Positions 32,501 through 44,184 of a stretch of 64,000 nucleotides of DNA are shown here, one piece after another. Origin of the DNA: Caecitellus pseudoparvulus (Eukaryota > Protista > Bigyra: Bicosoecida). The number at the start of each line of letters is the position of its first letter. The stretch's first letter is position 1. A program made the position numbers and the translations under genes. The DNA lies in assembly GCA_965644315.1 (NCBI GenBank), contig CBFFRQ010000068.1:62001-126000 (forward strand), in the 5' to 3' direction. Below the pieces are notes generated by a model that searched no databases, was not told where the DNA came from, and saw only the letters and a program-made list of their open reading frames with translations.

Positions 32501-35500
32501 TCCCCACGAAGAAGTGTCATTTGTAGCTCCTCCTGGAAATGGAGCCCTGCATGCAGCTGCAGTGCAAGTTGGATCCCAGGAAGGACCTGCAGCGTTCGCA
32601 GTCGGCTACATGCCCCCAAACATCTCCACCATTTCCATCGCGCAGCCACGGAATGCTAATGGCATCATAGTGTTGCAAGTTCAAGGTGCGAACTTTGGCG
32701 CTTGCTGCTGGCGACGCGTGCATGGGCAGGACAGCCCTAGTGATGCTGCCTGTAGATGTGTGCCTGATGAGGATAACCGTGTTGCATTCGCACCTATCCT
32801 GACCCGGACCTTCTCGTCATCCACCCCCCTCCATGGGCACTGCAACGTCACCAGCGTCATGTCGGACTCACAGCTTCTGTGTGAAACGACGGTCCTGAAA
32901 GGAGCTATGTTCTTGTGGGTTGGGGGTCAGGTGAGCCAAACTTCCCTTGCGTACGAGTACATCGCACTCCTGAATGCCCCCACAATCTTGGACGTTGTGC
33001 CAGAGTCTGCGTCGACAGCAGGAGGGGACATCATTCATCTGATCGGGGACACTTTCGGGGATACGCAAGGCTCAGTTGAGTTTTTGTTCTCTGCCCCTGC
33101 AAGCGAAGAAGGTGACGCCCCGGCTGTGATTGTGGAAGTGGCTGTGGTGGGCTGGACGAACACTAACGTCACAATTATCGTTCCACCGGGGCAAGGCGAG
33201 CCGGCCATCCGCCTCCGGCAGTTCCAAGCTGACGCGGACAAGTACTTTGACTCTTTGGATTTTCAGTACTCTGCGCCAAGTGTGCAGGAATTGCGGCATG
33301 CCATCGGGCCAACATCAGGATACGTAGGAGCTCTGCATCTGCAACGAAGCTCCTCTTTTGTCCCTGCGCCAACTTACCCAGTGACATTGCTTGAGGTATG
33401 GGGCGAGAATTTCGGTCAGCCCTGGCTTCTGCCAGCACTCGACGCTGATTTAAATGTTGGCACTTCTCTGTCTGGCTTGGATGCTGCCCTCTCCCTGGGA
33501 GGGCAGCTGTTTGGTGCCTTCCACCCAGAAACCCAGCTGCCCCAAAGCAACACCTCCATGAAGTTGGAGAATTCCATCTTAGTGGGGGGGCGCCCGTGCC
33601 TGGTCGTGTCGTGGTCGTCACACCGTATCGCATGCGGAGTCCAAAGTGGAATTGGCACTGACTTGGATATCGTGCTCAAGCTGCACAACCGCCGGGTACC
33701 ATTGACCAACACCCGCTTTGAGACGAAGGCGCGCATCTTCACCATCCCCGCAGTCATTTCCGAGGGTGACGCCCCGCAGCCGGGAACGTACTCGTACGCT
33801 GCGCCCAGCAACTTGGCACTCCACTGCATTGCAGAGGGTGCGTCCAGGGATGCTTTTGAGTCCGCAGCTGTGAACGGCACGATTTCCTTCTTGTCTCCTC
33901 TGCTGACTCAGTGCAACTCACACTCCAGAACCCGAGGTGAGCGGACGTGGCCGCGGTTTGTCGTTGTCACAGGCAGCTCCTTCGGAAGCGCGCAAGGCAT
34001 TGTGCGGGTGAAGGGTATCCCGGTTGCTGTACAGGTTTGGGCGCAGAACTTTGTTGTTTTCCAACCTTCAGAAGGCTTCGGTGTCAATGTGCCGGTTTCC
34101 GTCCAGCAAGCTGGCTTAGGGCAGACCTCTGAGGAGTTTCCATTGTTCAACTACGCTCCTCCCGTCGTCCAAGGCATTGCAGAAGTTGGTGCATCCTCCG
34201 CCTCTCTGACCTTGAGGCGCTTGCAAGTGGCCAGCGACAACGGCACGCTGGAGGTTCAGTCGCACCCAACGTTCGATGCCCGGCGCTCAAGGTTGAGAAT
34301 CACGGGCTACAACTTCGGCGTCAGTGAGGGTGGCACAGCACTTGAGGAAGCTCTTGAGGCCCGTGTGTTTGTGGGTGGCTTCCCTTGCATCGCCCCCGAA
34401 GGCGGGAGCACGTATATTTCAGATTCAGTGCTGGAGTGCATCGTTACCGATACGCATGTGGGGGCCCAGAACCTCACCTTGAGTGTTGCGGGCCATGAGC
34501 TGTTCATCCCCAGCAGCGAACTTGGCATTTCAGCGCAATGCCGAAGTGGATACTATGGGTTCGAAGACGGCCTTGACAAGTGTTTGCCTTGCCCATCGTG
34601 CCCAAAGTGCGACCCAAGCATTGCCTCTGCTTCAGTTTGCGCGGGGGCCAATGCCCTGCCCATGGCGAGCGCCGGTATGTGGCGAGTGGCGTCCGGTGTG
34701 AACACCTCATTGTCTGGGTCGGCTGGTGCATTCTCGTTCCTGCCGTGCACCCCAGCAGAGGCTTGCTTGGATGGAAACGTGTGTGCCACTGGGTACCAGC
34801 GCGCCAATGGCGAGCAGAATGATCCGTGCACCGAGTGCGCTGTCAAGTTCACGCGCAATGCGGCAAGTGGCCTGTGTGAGCCCTGCCCAGCCAACGCAGA
34901 GGCGCAAGCGGCAGTGGTGCTGCTGATTGTGGGCGCAGCTGCATTGATCGGCTATCGACTGGTTGAGTACGCTCCTACATTCACTGGCCTGACAATGTTC
35001 GTGGACACTGCGCAGTTGCTTGCAGTTTCTGGCAAAATCTCACTGCAGTGGATCCCGGACATGTCTGTGCTGTTCAGCACCGGATCAGTGTTTCAACTTA
35101 ACCTGCCCTCCCTGGCGGCACCTGAGTGCACGCTGCCTGTCACGTATGATGACACGTACTATGCGATCATTGCGCTGCCTTTGATTGTGCTACTGCTGCT
35201 GAGCGCAGTGTATGCTTTGGCATCCCTGCGCTCTGCGTGCAAGGGCCGAGGGTGCCAGGCGAAGGATGCTTTCCCGACCCTCATGGGTTTTTACGTGACT
35301 CTTTGCTTCTTCCTGTACGTGACATTGGTCTCCACGTCTATGGAGGCCTTGCAGTGCACACGTGTTGGTGACAGTTTGCGGCTGAAGGCTGAGTTATCCT
35401 TCAGCTGCGAAACCAGTCGCTACGCCTACTTGCGAACGTGGGCATACACAGCTCTGGCAGTGTACGGGGTCGGCATTCCGTTGGGCCTTTTCTGCTTGCT

Positions 35501-38500
35501 TAAGTATAACCAGGATGGCATCAAGCGGTGCATCTTGTTGGGGGAGGCTGCACCAGCAGTGTTGGTGGACCCGCAGCGCAATGCTGACTATGGCGTGCAT
35601 GTCATGCTGTCCCGCATTTACCGGCCCTTCACGGCCAGACACCATAAGTGGCAGGTCGTTTCATTGGCCAGGAAGTTCTTGGTTGTGTTTGCGACTTCGT
35701 TCCTCTTCAGCGAAGCGCCAGCTGCAGCAGCCATTTGGGCGATGATTATCACGACAGCATTCCTTAACTTCCATCAGTCCTCGTTGCCGTACCGTCGGTA
35801 CATCCCCGTGTGGAGGTACAAAGCTGCGGCGAAGCTTGGAATGCTGGGGGATGACGTGCTGTATGCTTTGACAAATGGCGCCAATAAGCAGAAGCTAGCC
35901 GGGCGCCGACTTCGCAAAATCAGGCCCCGCGCCTTGGCTGCGGCGGACGGTGACCTTGGCATCCAGCTCATGCCAGCCCCCGATGTTGAGTGCTTGCCAG
36001 AGGATCCCTGCGGCGACGTCGGGTCGGCTGTGCCTGCGAAGCCTGACCCGCTAGGCAAGGAGGCGCCTGAGCAGCCGGGATCTGATGCGAAAGAAGCTCC
36101 TGGTCAGCTCGCACGCCTGTCCGAGGCAAAGCAGCGGCCTGCCCCGCCGTCACCTCCGAAGCTGCCCCCAGCTGCTCCCAGTCGGCCAAGTTCTACACTT
36201 GACCAGGGCGGCAGGGAGGGCGACACCCAGCCTGCAGGACCGGCGAAGGAACTTGCTTCAGCAGAGCGTGTTGCTGTCCCAGCACCCAGCCAGACCTCAG
36301 CCACACTTGCAAACCCGCTGAGGCAGCTGCCAAAGCCCAGCACCTCTCCGGATGCTGGTGGTGGCGATTGTGCAGCACACAAGGTTTCTGAGGACTGGGG
36401 TTCTGATAGTGATGGCGGCAGCATGAGCAGTGCAGGCGGTGTGGTGGACCTGTCAGGGACGCCCATGCGAGGCAGGGCAACGACCACCACACGGCACTCT
36501 GTTGTGCCGCCATCTCTCCAAGATATGCTGACGCCACGGTCGAACCGCATTTCACTGGTGCTGCCGAACGTCGTCGATGCAGCTGATGTGGACTCGGACA
36601 GCAGTCACGTGTCGGGTACAAGTGAGCACACTTCGTCTGAGGGGCCACCCACCCCAACTACGCCCCCAGCCGCCGAGCCAAGCCAGGCTCTGCTGCCAGC
36701 AAGCCTCGGCGAGCCTTCGGTGGCAGCCCAGCCTGTCAAGTGGACAGGGAATGCGCTTGCTGGGTCAGCTGCAGCGGGGAGGCCGCAAGGAAGGCCCGGC
36801 CGGAGTTCAGCCGGAGCAACTCTGCGCCGCTCCCGGCCGACTTCCCACCGAACTTCTGGATGGGGCCTCATCTCCTCCGTGGGGGCTCTGGCCGCAGTCC
36901 CCGCGCACGACTCGCCGGGAGTCCGTAAGCCGCCTGGAAAGGACCGCCACGGCCAGTTTTCGCTGGGCAACCCGTTGCTGCGTGCCAAGGGCGAGGCTGC
37001 CCGAGCAGGCCCGAGCGTGCAGCGAGCTGTGCATGTCAAGCGCGGGACGGCGAGCCTGTCACCTTTGGGCGCGGGCGCCACCGTGAACCCCATGCTGCAA
37101 GCCAGGCGAGCCGCAGGGCTGGTCAAGGCCACCGCCAGCACGAGGCGCAGCCGGGCGTCACAGCGACCCGCTGTGGCGCCATCCGTGGGTCGCAACCCTC
37201 GCCTCCTGCGCGGGCGCCGCACGCTGGGCACGGCGACACTGGCCGCTCCCAGTGCTGACATCCCTGACCTCGTGGCGCCGACAAACTTCAGTCCTCGGGC
37301 GACACGCCGCCGCGGCGCCGACTTGCGCCGAGAGACGGAGCTCATGGCAGCGTTGGTGGGGGAGGACCCCAGCCCACCTGGGGCAAGCACTGCGTCCAGC
37401 CTCAGCTCCTTCGCCTCCAGTGACTCGGGCAGTGAGAGCAGCGAGGGGGGTGGCTTCACCTCCTCTCGGCGTGCCCTGCTGCAAGGGGATGAAGACGAGG
37501 CTGCCCTGTTCGGGGGGCTGTCCCTGGATGAGTTTCTGCAGCAGGACGCGGCCAGGGACCGCACGCCCTCCACCGCCCAGCGGACAGCGCTGATGATGTC
37601 CCTCGTGACAGACGCGCCGTCCAGCCGGCGACTGGCCGCCCCAGTCCAGCTCCGCAGTTCGGGGAACTCCCTGCGTCGCCAGAGCTCCCGTGCCCCTGCG
37701 CGGCGCACGCTGCTGCTGTCCCGCAAGCAGCAGGGGGTGCTGTCAGCCGGCCTGTCCGGCAAGCTGCGTGGGCAGGCGGGGCGAGAGCTGGACGTGGACG
37801 CTGTCGCTGCTCAAGGTGTGCCAGGCCCTGCAGGGGACTTGCCCAGCGCGGCCGACCTGTCCAGCCCCCGCGCGTCCCAGAACCCCCTGCACGGCATCGC
37901 GCGGCGTGGCAGCCGCCGGCGGCAAGGGGCGGCAACTGCGCGGTCCACGCACAGCGTGCTGACAGCTGCCAATATGCCCCACATGCACAAACGCGAGCAG
38001 CAAGCACAGAAGGCACCGCCGGCGCAGGTGGTGCCTGCCTCGGCGATGAAGGGGGACACGGTGGTGGTGGCTGCCAACCCCATGCGAGCCCGCCTGGAGG
38101 CCATGAAGCGGGCCTCGTCCAGGACCCTGCCAGTGGCGACGGGCAGCGTGGCGAAGACGGCGCCCTCCAGCACAGCGAAGAAGCGGCCGGGGCCGCCGCC
38201 TCGCCCCCCTGCCCCCCCTCACGGCTCGCCTGCCGTCAGGAGCACGTCCTTGCTGGCTGCGACCGGCATCGTGGAGGGCGGAGAAAGCACCAGTGCCGCA
38301 CGACCGGCAGAGGGCAGCTTGGCGTCGCAGGCTGACTCCAGCCTGAGCTTGAGCGACGACGAGCGGCAGGTGCCGCTCGCGGAGCGCTCGGCCGGCGACG
38401 TTCGCAAGAAACGCGCCAGCCGCAAGGCTGACCGGGAAGCATGGAAGGAGAAGTACTTGGGCTGGCTGAGAGTGTTCTTCTATTACAACGAGCTGGAAGT

Positions 38501-38858
38501 CGTCTTTGCGTGGAGCTTGAACCTGGTCATTGCGACGGGCTTGCTGGGGTATGTCTTGACGCAGGCCGAGGGTGCTGAGGAGGCTCAAACGGAGCAGGGC
38601 AGCATCATTGCCGGTGCCACGTCAGGCCGCGTGCAGGCCTACGTGGGCCTGGTGGTGGCGGTGCTGTTCCTCCTGCTGGGCGTGGCAGTGAGTGGCATGG
38701 AAATTGCCATGGCACTGCTCTTCTTCGCCTGGCGCATGCACGCAGTGCGCAAGTTCGGCATCACGGGCTCCTGGCTGCAGGCCAGAGAGGACGTGTCCCG
38801 CATGGCTTCCATGGCCCGCAACATCATGAAACGAAAGAGCAGTCGGGCGCCAAAGTAG
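20546..38858 (+). CDS. Giant cadherin-repeat / IPT-TIG / Cys-rich / 9-TM surface receptor (nonagonal-cadherin-like), ~6104 aa if the frameshift at 22793-22798 is repaired
   Basis: It begins with a signal peptide (MWCTVANTALLAAVIFSCLEQGMA). About 27 EC domains follow, with xE, DxD, L(D/N)(Y/F)E, xxD and DxNExP Ca2+ motifs. Then come ~9 IPT/TIG repeats (TAGG..V.I.G..FG), a Cys-rich stalk and nine hydrophobic helices. ORFs 20546..23002 and 22803..38858 join across a G6 tract that is G8 in 14 sister repeats. Confidence 0.88.
20984..26933 (+). repeat. Tandem array of 16 x 372-bp units, each one 124-aa cadherin EC domain
   Basis: AACGAG unit starts recur at 20984, 21356, 21728, 22100, 22472, 22842 ... 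26562, and the array ends at 26933. Length 5950 bp = 16x372 minus 2. Copies differ at only a few sites. Confidence 0.95.
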
Positions 38859-39142
38859 TTTGTGTGCTTTGGCGTACGCCTTTGAATAATGCACTATATG
38901 CGATGATTGGGTCGCCTGCCACAGCCGCAGCTCCAACACGCCAGCACACCCCCCCAGCACAAGGGTGGCCCGCACTCAACTTTCAAGCGCAAATCCACTC
39001 ACACACTGAGATTCTCACATGTCTTCCTTTGCATTTCGGTCCCCTCGACCGCGGGATTCGTGCCGCTGCGCACAGCGCAGCCAGCTTGCCAAGTGCACTG
39101 CACTTCGTCACCAGACAACGCGCTGGTGTCCCCGTGGCCACC

Positions 39143-40217
39143 ATGCGACTCGCTTCAGTCTTTGTCGCGCTGGCAGGTGCTTGTGCAGTTGCATCTGCTT
39201 CAGCTCTCTCGGGAGCATCTCTGAGGGGAGGGCGCCTTGCCTCGATCGTGAGTGCACGGCGCCGGCCGCGCTGGGCGTTGCAACAAGTGCACTTCACCAA
39301 AGCACACCCCCTCCGCACACGCACGCCTGCAGTCTGACACGTACTACGCCGATGCGGCAGCGACAGGGAAAGATGGTGCAGAAGGGCTGGGCTTTGGCTT
39401 CGACAGCTCTGCTGCGCTTCAGGCTGCGTACCTCTCCTCTGCTGCGTACTGCACTGCCTCAAGCCTGCAGAATTGGAACTGTGGCGGGCCATGCCAGCAC
39501 GTGCAGGTGAACTCCAACAAGGCCATTGTGACGTACAACAGCCAGTACAACCTGCAGGTGTATGTGGTGGAGATGCCTGACGGCACACCCTACGTCTCCT
39601 TCCGAGGCACTGTCGCCACCTCCATCAAGGACTGGATCTTGAACCTGAACGCAACCTCCCCATCCCCTTACCCTGGGTGCCCTAACTGCCACGTGGAAGG
39701 CGGCTTCTACAAGGCCTACAACGCCCTGCGCCCTGCTCTGCTCAAGAGCTTGGCCCAGCTTGGCTTCGGGCCCGGCGACACCGTGCGCATCACTGGGCAC
39801 TCCCTGGGCGCCGCCATGGCCACCCTGTGTGCCTATGACTTTTCTGACTCTGGGTGGAACGTCGCTTCCATGTACACTTTCGGGCAGCCCCGCACAGGGG
39901 ACTTCAACTTCCACAGCTCTCTGGACAGCAAGGTGACACAGTGGCGTGTCGTGCACTACCACGACCCGGTGCCGCATGTGCCCCCCGAGTTCATGGGCTT
40001 CCACCACACCGCCACGGAAGTGTGGTACAACGACGACAACACGCAGTACACGGTTTGCAACGGCAGCGGCGAGGACCCTTCCTGCGCTGACAGCGTGCCG
40101 TGGTATGACCTGTTCAGCGTCTCGCAACACCTGCATTACATGGGCATCCTCATTGATGGAGCTGACTGTGTGGGCATGACACACAGCGAACCCGAAGACC
40201 TGCCGAGGCCAGCTTGA
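39143..40217 (+). CDS. Secreted class-3 (fungal-type) triacylglycerol lipase
   Basis: join(39143..39247,39333..40217), intron 39248-39332. Signal peptide MRLASVFVALAGACAVASA. Motifs: SAAYC, VSFRGT, HVEGGF, the nucleophile elbow TGHSLG, TFGQPRTG, RVVHYHDPVPHVPP, EDPSC, HLHY. Confidence 0.92.
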
Positions 40218-40421
40218 ATGCATCGGATTTTCAGCTTCAGCTTGAGCAAGCGCTGGGGGGGGGTGCAGGCCAGCTCATTTTCCGCACAAGCCTCCACTCG
40301 GCGCAAACTCCAAACCCTCCACACACTGCATGCGTCTCTACTGCTGTGCCACCCAGCCACAGGCCGTAAACCCTGTTGGTCTGCACGTTTTCAGATTTCA
40401 GCGTCCTCTCACCCCAGCACA

Positions 40422-41886
40422 ATGAGCACGGTGCGTCGACTCCTCATCGCGCCAACGCCTGCCCAACGCTTGCTCTTTCTAGCTCGCCCCCGCCCGTGAT
40501 CTGCCACCGCCACGCAATACTACTCGCCCACACTGCAGATCCGAGCACGAGTCGATGAGAATGTCAGGCCAACGGGCAAGGCGGGCGGCCCCACGACACG
40601 GGGCATGACCCGGCGGCGCGCCCTGGGCAGCGTCTCCACAAACGCCGCAGCCTCTTCAGCAGCCTCCTACGTACGTGCTGCACGAGCAGAACCACCTGCA
40701 TGGCACCCCTGCCACATCCAACGGCGCTCAATGTTGCAGGTCCCTTCGTCCCACCGGTCCTCTTCCACGTACGCGTCGGCTGGCCCAGGCTATGTGTCAG
40801 CGACCGCTGGCGCGGGAGCTCAGGCTGCGGCCCACGTTGACATTGACGCGCCCACGGCGCACGACCCCACTCAGTTTGTGGAGTATGTGCAGGATATCTA
40901 CAAGCACTATCGCAAGGACGAGGTGAGTTGCTTGTTTAGGTGCTTGGTGTGCTGTGCCACTCGTGTGTTGGGCGCGCGGCGCGCAATTTCCGCAGCCAGG
41001 CGTTTGTCATTTTGGCGCGGCAGGCTGCCCCAGGCCCTGGGCGCCGTGCTCTGAGCAACGCAGCAACCCTGCCGCATGAGTCCATGTTTGCCTTTCTCCC
41101 ATGTGCTGCGTGCTGGCACGTGGCCTAACCACACGGTCGCGCCTGACGCAAATGTCACAGGTGACCAAGGTGGCGTCCCCCAGCTACATGGCACACCAGT
41201 CCGACATCAACGAGAAGATGCGCGCCATCCTCGTGGATTGGCTGGTGGAGGTGCACTTGAAGTTCAAGTTGATGCCAGAGACCATGTTCCTGACCGTAAA
41301 CCTCATCGACCGGTTTCTGGAACGCAAACTTGTCGCCCGGCAGAAGCTGCAGCTGGTGGGCGTGACTGCCATGCTGCTGGCCTCCAAGTACGAGGAGATC
41401 TACGCACCTGAAGTGCGGGATTTCGTCTTCATCACCGACCGCGCCTACAACCGGGAACAGATCCTGTCCATGGAGAGCGCCATGCTGACTGCGCTCGGCT
41501 TCAACGTCACCTGCCCAACGGCACTGCACTTCATGAACCGCTTCTTGAAGGCCGCCCGCGTGGCCGACGAGACGGGGCGCCTGAAGTACCTCGTGCGCTA
41601 CTATGTCGAGCGCACCATGCAGGAGTACAGCATGCTCAAGTACCTGCCCTCCATCACGGCTGCCGCCGCCGTCAACATCGCCATGCGGTCTTTGGGCCTG
41701 GGCACGTGGGACGCCACGCTCACAGCGTACACTGGCTTCACAGAGGCTCAGCTGCAGCCCTGCGTGCAGGACATGGAGCACATCCTGGAGTACGCCCCCA
41801 CTGCCAACCTGCAGGCAGTGCGCAAGAAGTACTCCAGCAGCCGGTACAGGGAGGTGGCCAAGGTGCCGCTCGTGCGCATGCAGTAG
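40422..41886 (+). CDS. Mitotic (B-type) cyclin
   Basis: Probable join(40422..40430,40539..40670,40740..40922,41161..41886). D-box RRALGSVSTN. Motifs: EYVQDIY, the cyclin box MRAILVDWLVEVHLKFKLMPET, LQLVGVTAMLLASKYEEIY, AVRKKY. The 9-nt first exon and the in-frame intron 40671-40739 are less certain. Confidence 0.9.
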
Positions 41887-42047
41887 AAGGGGGGGGGGGA
41901 CAGGAGCTGGTGTGAAACCAGCCCCACGCCCTGCTCAAACCTTCTCATGTCTCCGTGCCGCGGGGTATGTGCAATTCAGCCGCGGCACCCTGTGCACGCC
42001 CACACCCTGCTTGCAAGGCGGCGGCGCACCTCGACTTAGGGCGCACC

Positions 42048-44184
42048 ATGGGCATCGAGGTCAGTCGGGAGATGGTCTCGGAGCACGTGCAGGAGACCGC
42101 CCACCAAGCACTTGATACCTTTGGGCCCATCTACTTGAAGTCTTACGCAATGCTGTACAGTGAACACTGCATGAAGGCAGCTGGCATCACCTGCCCCTTG
42201 ACAGCGCCAGCTGCCCCCTTGCACCTGAAGGAGGCACCTCTCCAAGCCAGTGTCCTTGCCAGCGGATGGATGTGCAAGCAAAGCCCAGGGGGCGGTCCGC
42301 TCAGGCGCCGATTTTTCGTCTTGTCGGGGAAACGGGACCACTACGTGGGTGGCGAGGTGCAGCACCCCATACAAGCAGCGTCCCTCGCACATACTCTTGC
42401 TTTGGCGCTGCCCTTGCAGGCCTTACGGTACTATGAGAAGGAGGAGCAGTGCATCTCCCCAACGAAGTGTAAGGGGGTCATTTCTCCAGGGTTCTACTCG
42501 TGAGTAGGCTGCGGTCTTGCTGGGTTTGTGCTCTCTCGCGTTTCACTTGCGTTTCGGATTGCACAGAGTGAGGCGCGTGAAGGATGAGGATGACGTTCGC
42601 GCTTTTGGCGAGTTCTGCCTGAGACTGGTGCCGTTGGATGGATTGGGTCGCGTGTGGTTGCTTCAGTGTGAGTCCCGTGCACAGCTGGCCAAGTGGAAGG
42701 CAGTGCTGAGCTACGCAGCAACCCACGCTGAGCCGCCACTGAGTGGCGGGCCAGTGGAGAAAGCTGCCTTCGTCGACGCCTTGCACCGCAGTCGCCGCGA
42801 GCTGGGTCTGTGGGGTGCACACCGAGTCGCCTTCGACGAAGCCCGGGAGCTGCGCTGCCTTGCTCGTCAGTACGCCATCGCAGAGAGCAACTTGGACACT
42901 GGCGTGGCGGGGGTGGATTCCACTATCACGCCGGCACAGGTGGCGGAGGCAGAGCGGCAGCTGCACAACGTCACCACCGCCAGCTGGGCCTACATCCAGA
43001 ACTTGTTGAAGCAGCACCAGTCGGGGATGGAGGCTGTGGCCCGAGCAGTGCCACGGGCCATTGAAGCTCAGCAGCGCTGCAGTCTGAACGCCCTGTGGCG
43101 CGAAGCCTTCACGGATGTGGAAGGCATCGTGATTGAGCTGGCCAAGTTCTCCACCAGGCCGCTCTTGGCCGCGTTCATGGAGCCCATCCTCAACGCCCAC
43201 AAGACGGCGGTGCGGCTGTGGTGGGACACTACGGCTGACGTCCTGCGCCGCCAGGCCCACGCATCGCGCCAGTTGGAGGTGTTTGCGCGGGATGCACAGT
43301 GGAAGCGCGGCGTGCTGCTGCCCGCCTTCAGCCACCTGCGGGCACTGACCCGTGGCGAGGCGGGCAGTGGCCACGCCAAGGACGCACTGGCCTTCCTGGG
43401 GGAACTCGGGTGGAAACTGGGGGACTTGCTCACAGCCATGCAGGGCGTGTCGTTCGTGGAGGTGGAGCACATCGTGGAGGGCAGCCTGACAAACCTCCTG
43501 CAGCGGGCAGTGGCCGCGTTCTTGGCCGGCAGCCGCCGGTCCGAGGCGCGCTCCGCTGACGTGCTGCGGGAGGTGCTGGCCGACTACGTGCAGGATGCGG
43601 CGACGGCTGTGCAGCAGGACATGCGCCACATCATGCACCTGGTCATGCTGCCGTGCATCCGGCGCCAGGCCGTGCTCACTGCCTTCGTAGGCAGCGTGCT
43701 GGAGTCGTCGGCTGCGCGTGGGGCGTACCCTGAGATCCTGAACGAGCGGGTCGTGGCGCGCATGCAAGCACGGGCAGGAACGGCTGGCCCTGCCCGCTCA
43801 CGGGCGCTCAGTCGCAGGAGCAGCAGTGGGCCCATCAGGCGCCCGGCGGCAGGCGTGGTAGCGCCGGCAGCCCCCCCCACCACGCCGTCGCGAGGGGGCC
43901 GACCAGCCACAGCAGGCCCCCTCGTGGCACCCACCTCCCTCGCAGCTACCGTGCCCGTGAAGCTCTCCCTCCCTGAGCATGTCTTGACAGTGTTCGTAGA
44001 CACCGACTGGCTCTTGGACGCTGTGCTGCGCCAATGCCTCGACCAGGCCCTGCGGCAAGTGTACACAGAGACGAAACGCGCTGCCGATGAGCTACTGGCC
44101 CTCACCACCAGCCTCCCTGGCTCTGCAGCTGGTGTCACCAGTGACAGTGGCGCCGGGGGCACTGCCAGCACCAGCGGACCTTGA
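42048..44184 (+). CDS. Niban/FAM129-like protein (PH domain + helical bundle)
   Basis: Probable join(42048..42344,42420..42499,42567..44184). It starts MGxxxS, then a pre-PH helix ALDTFGPIYLKSYA. PH motifs: SGWMCKQ..LRRRFFVL, LRYYE, KGVI, WLLQCESRAQLAKW. AAFVDAL..RRELGLWG and FMEPI resemble Niban helical segments. Confidence 0.68.

Noticed and set aside
20546-38858. Cadherin gene as a pseudogene
   Set aside because: There is a single lesion in a homopolymer within a hard-to-polish repeat, and the remaining 16 kb is fully open.
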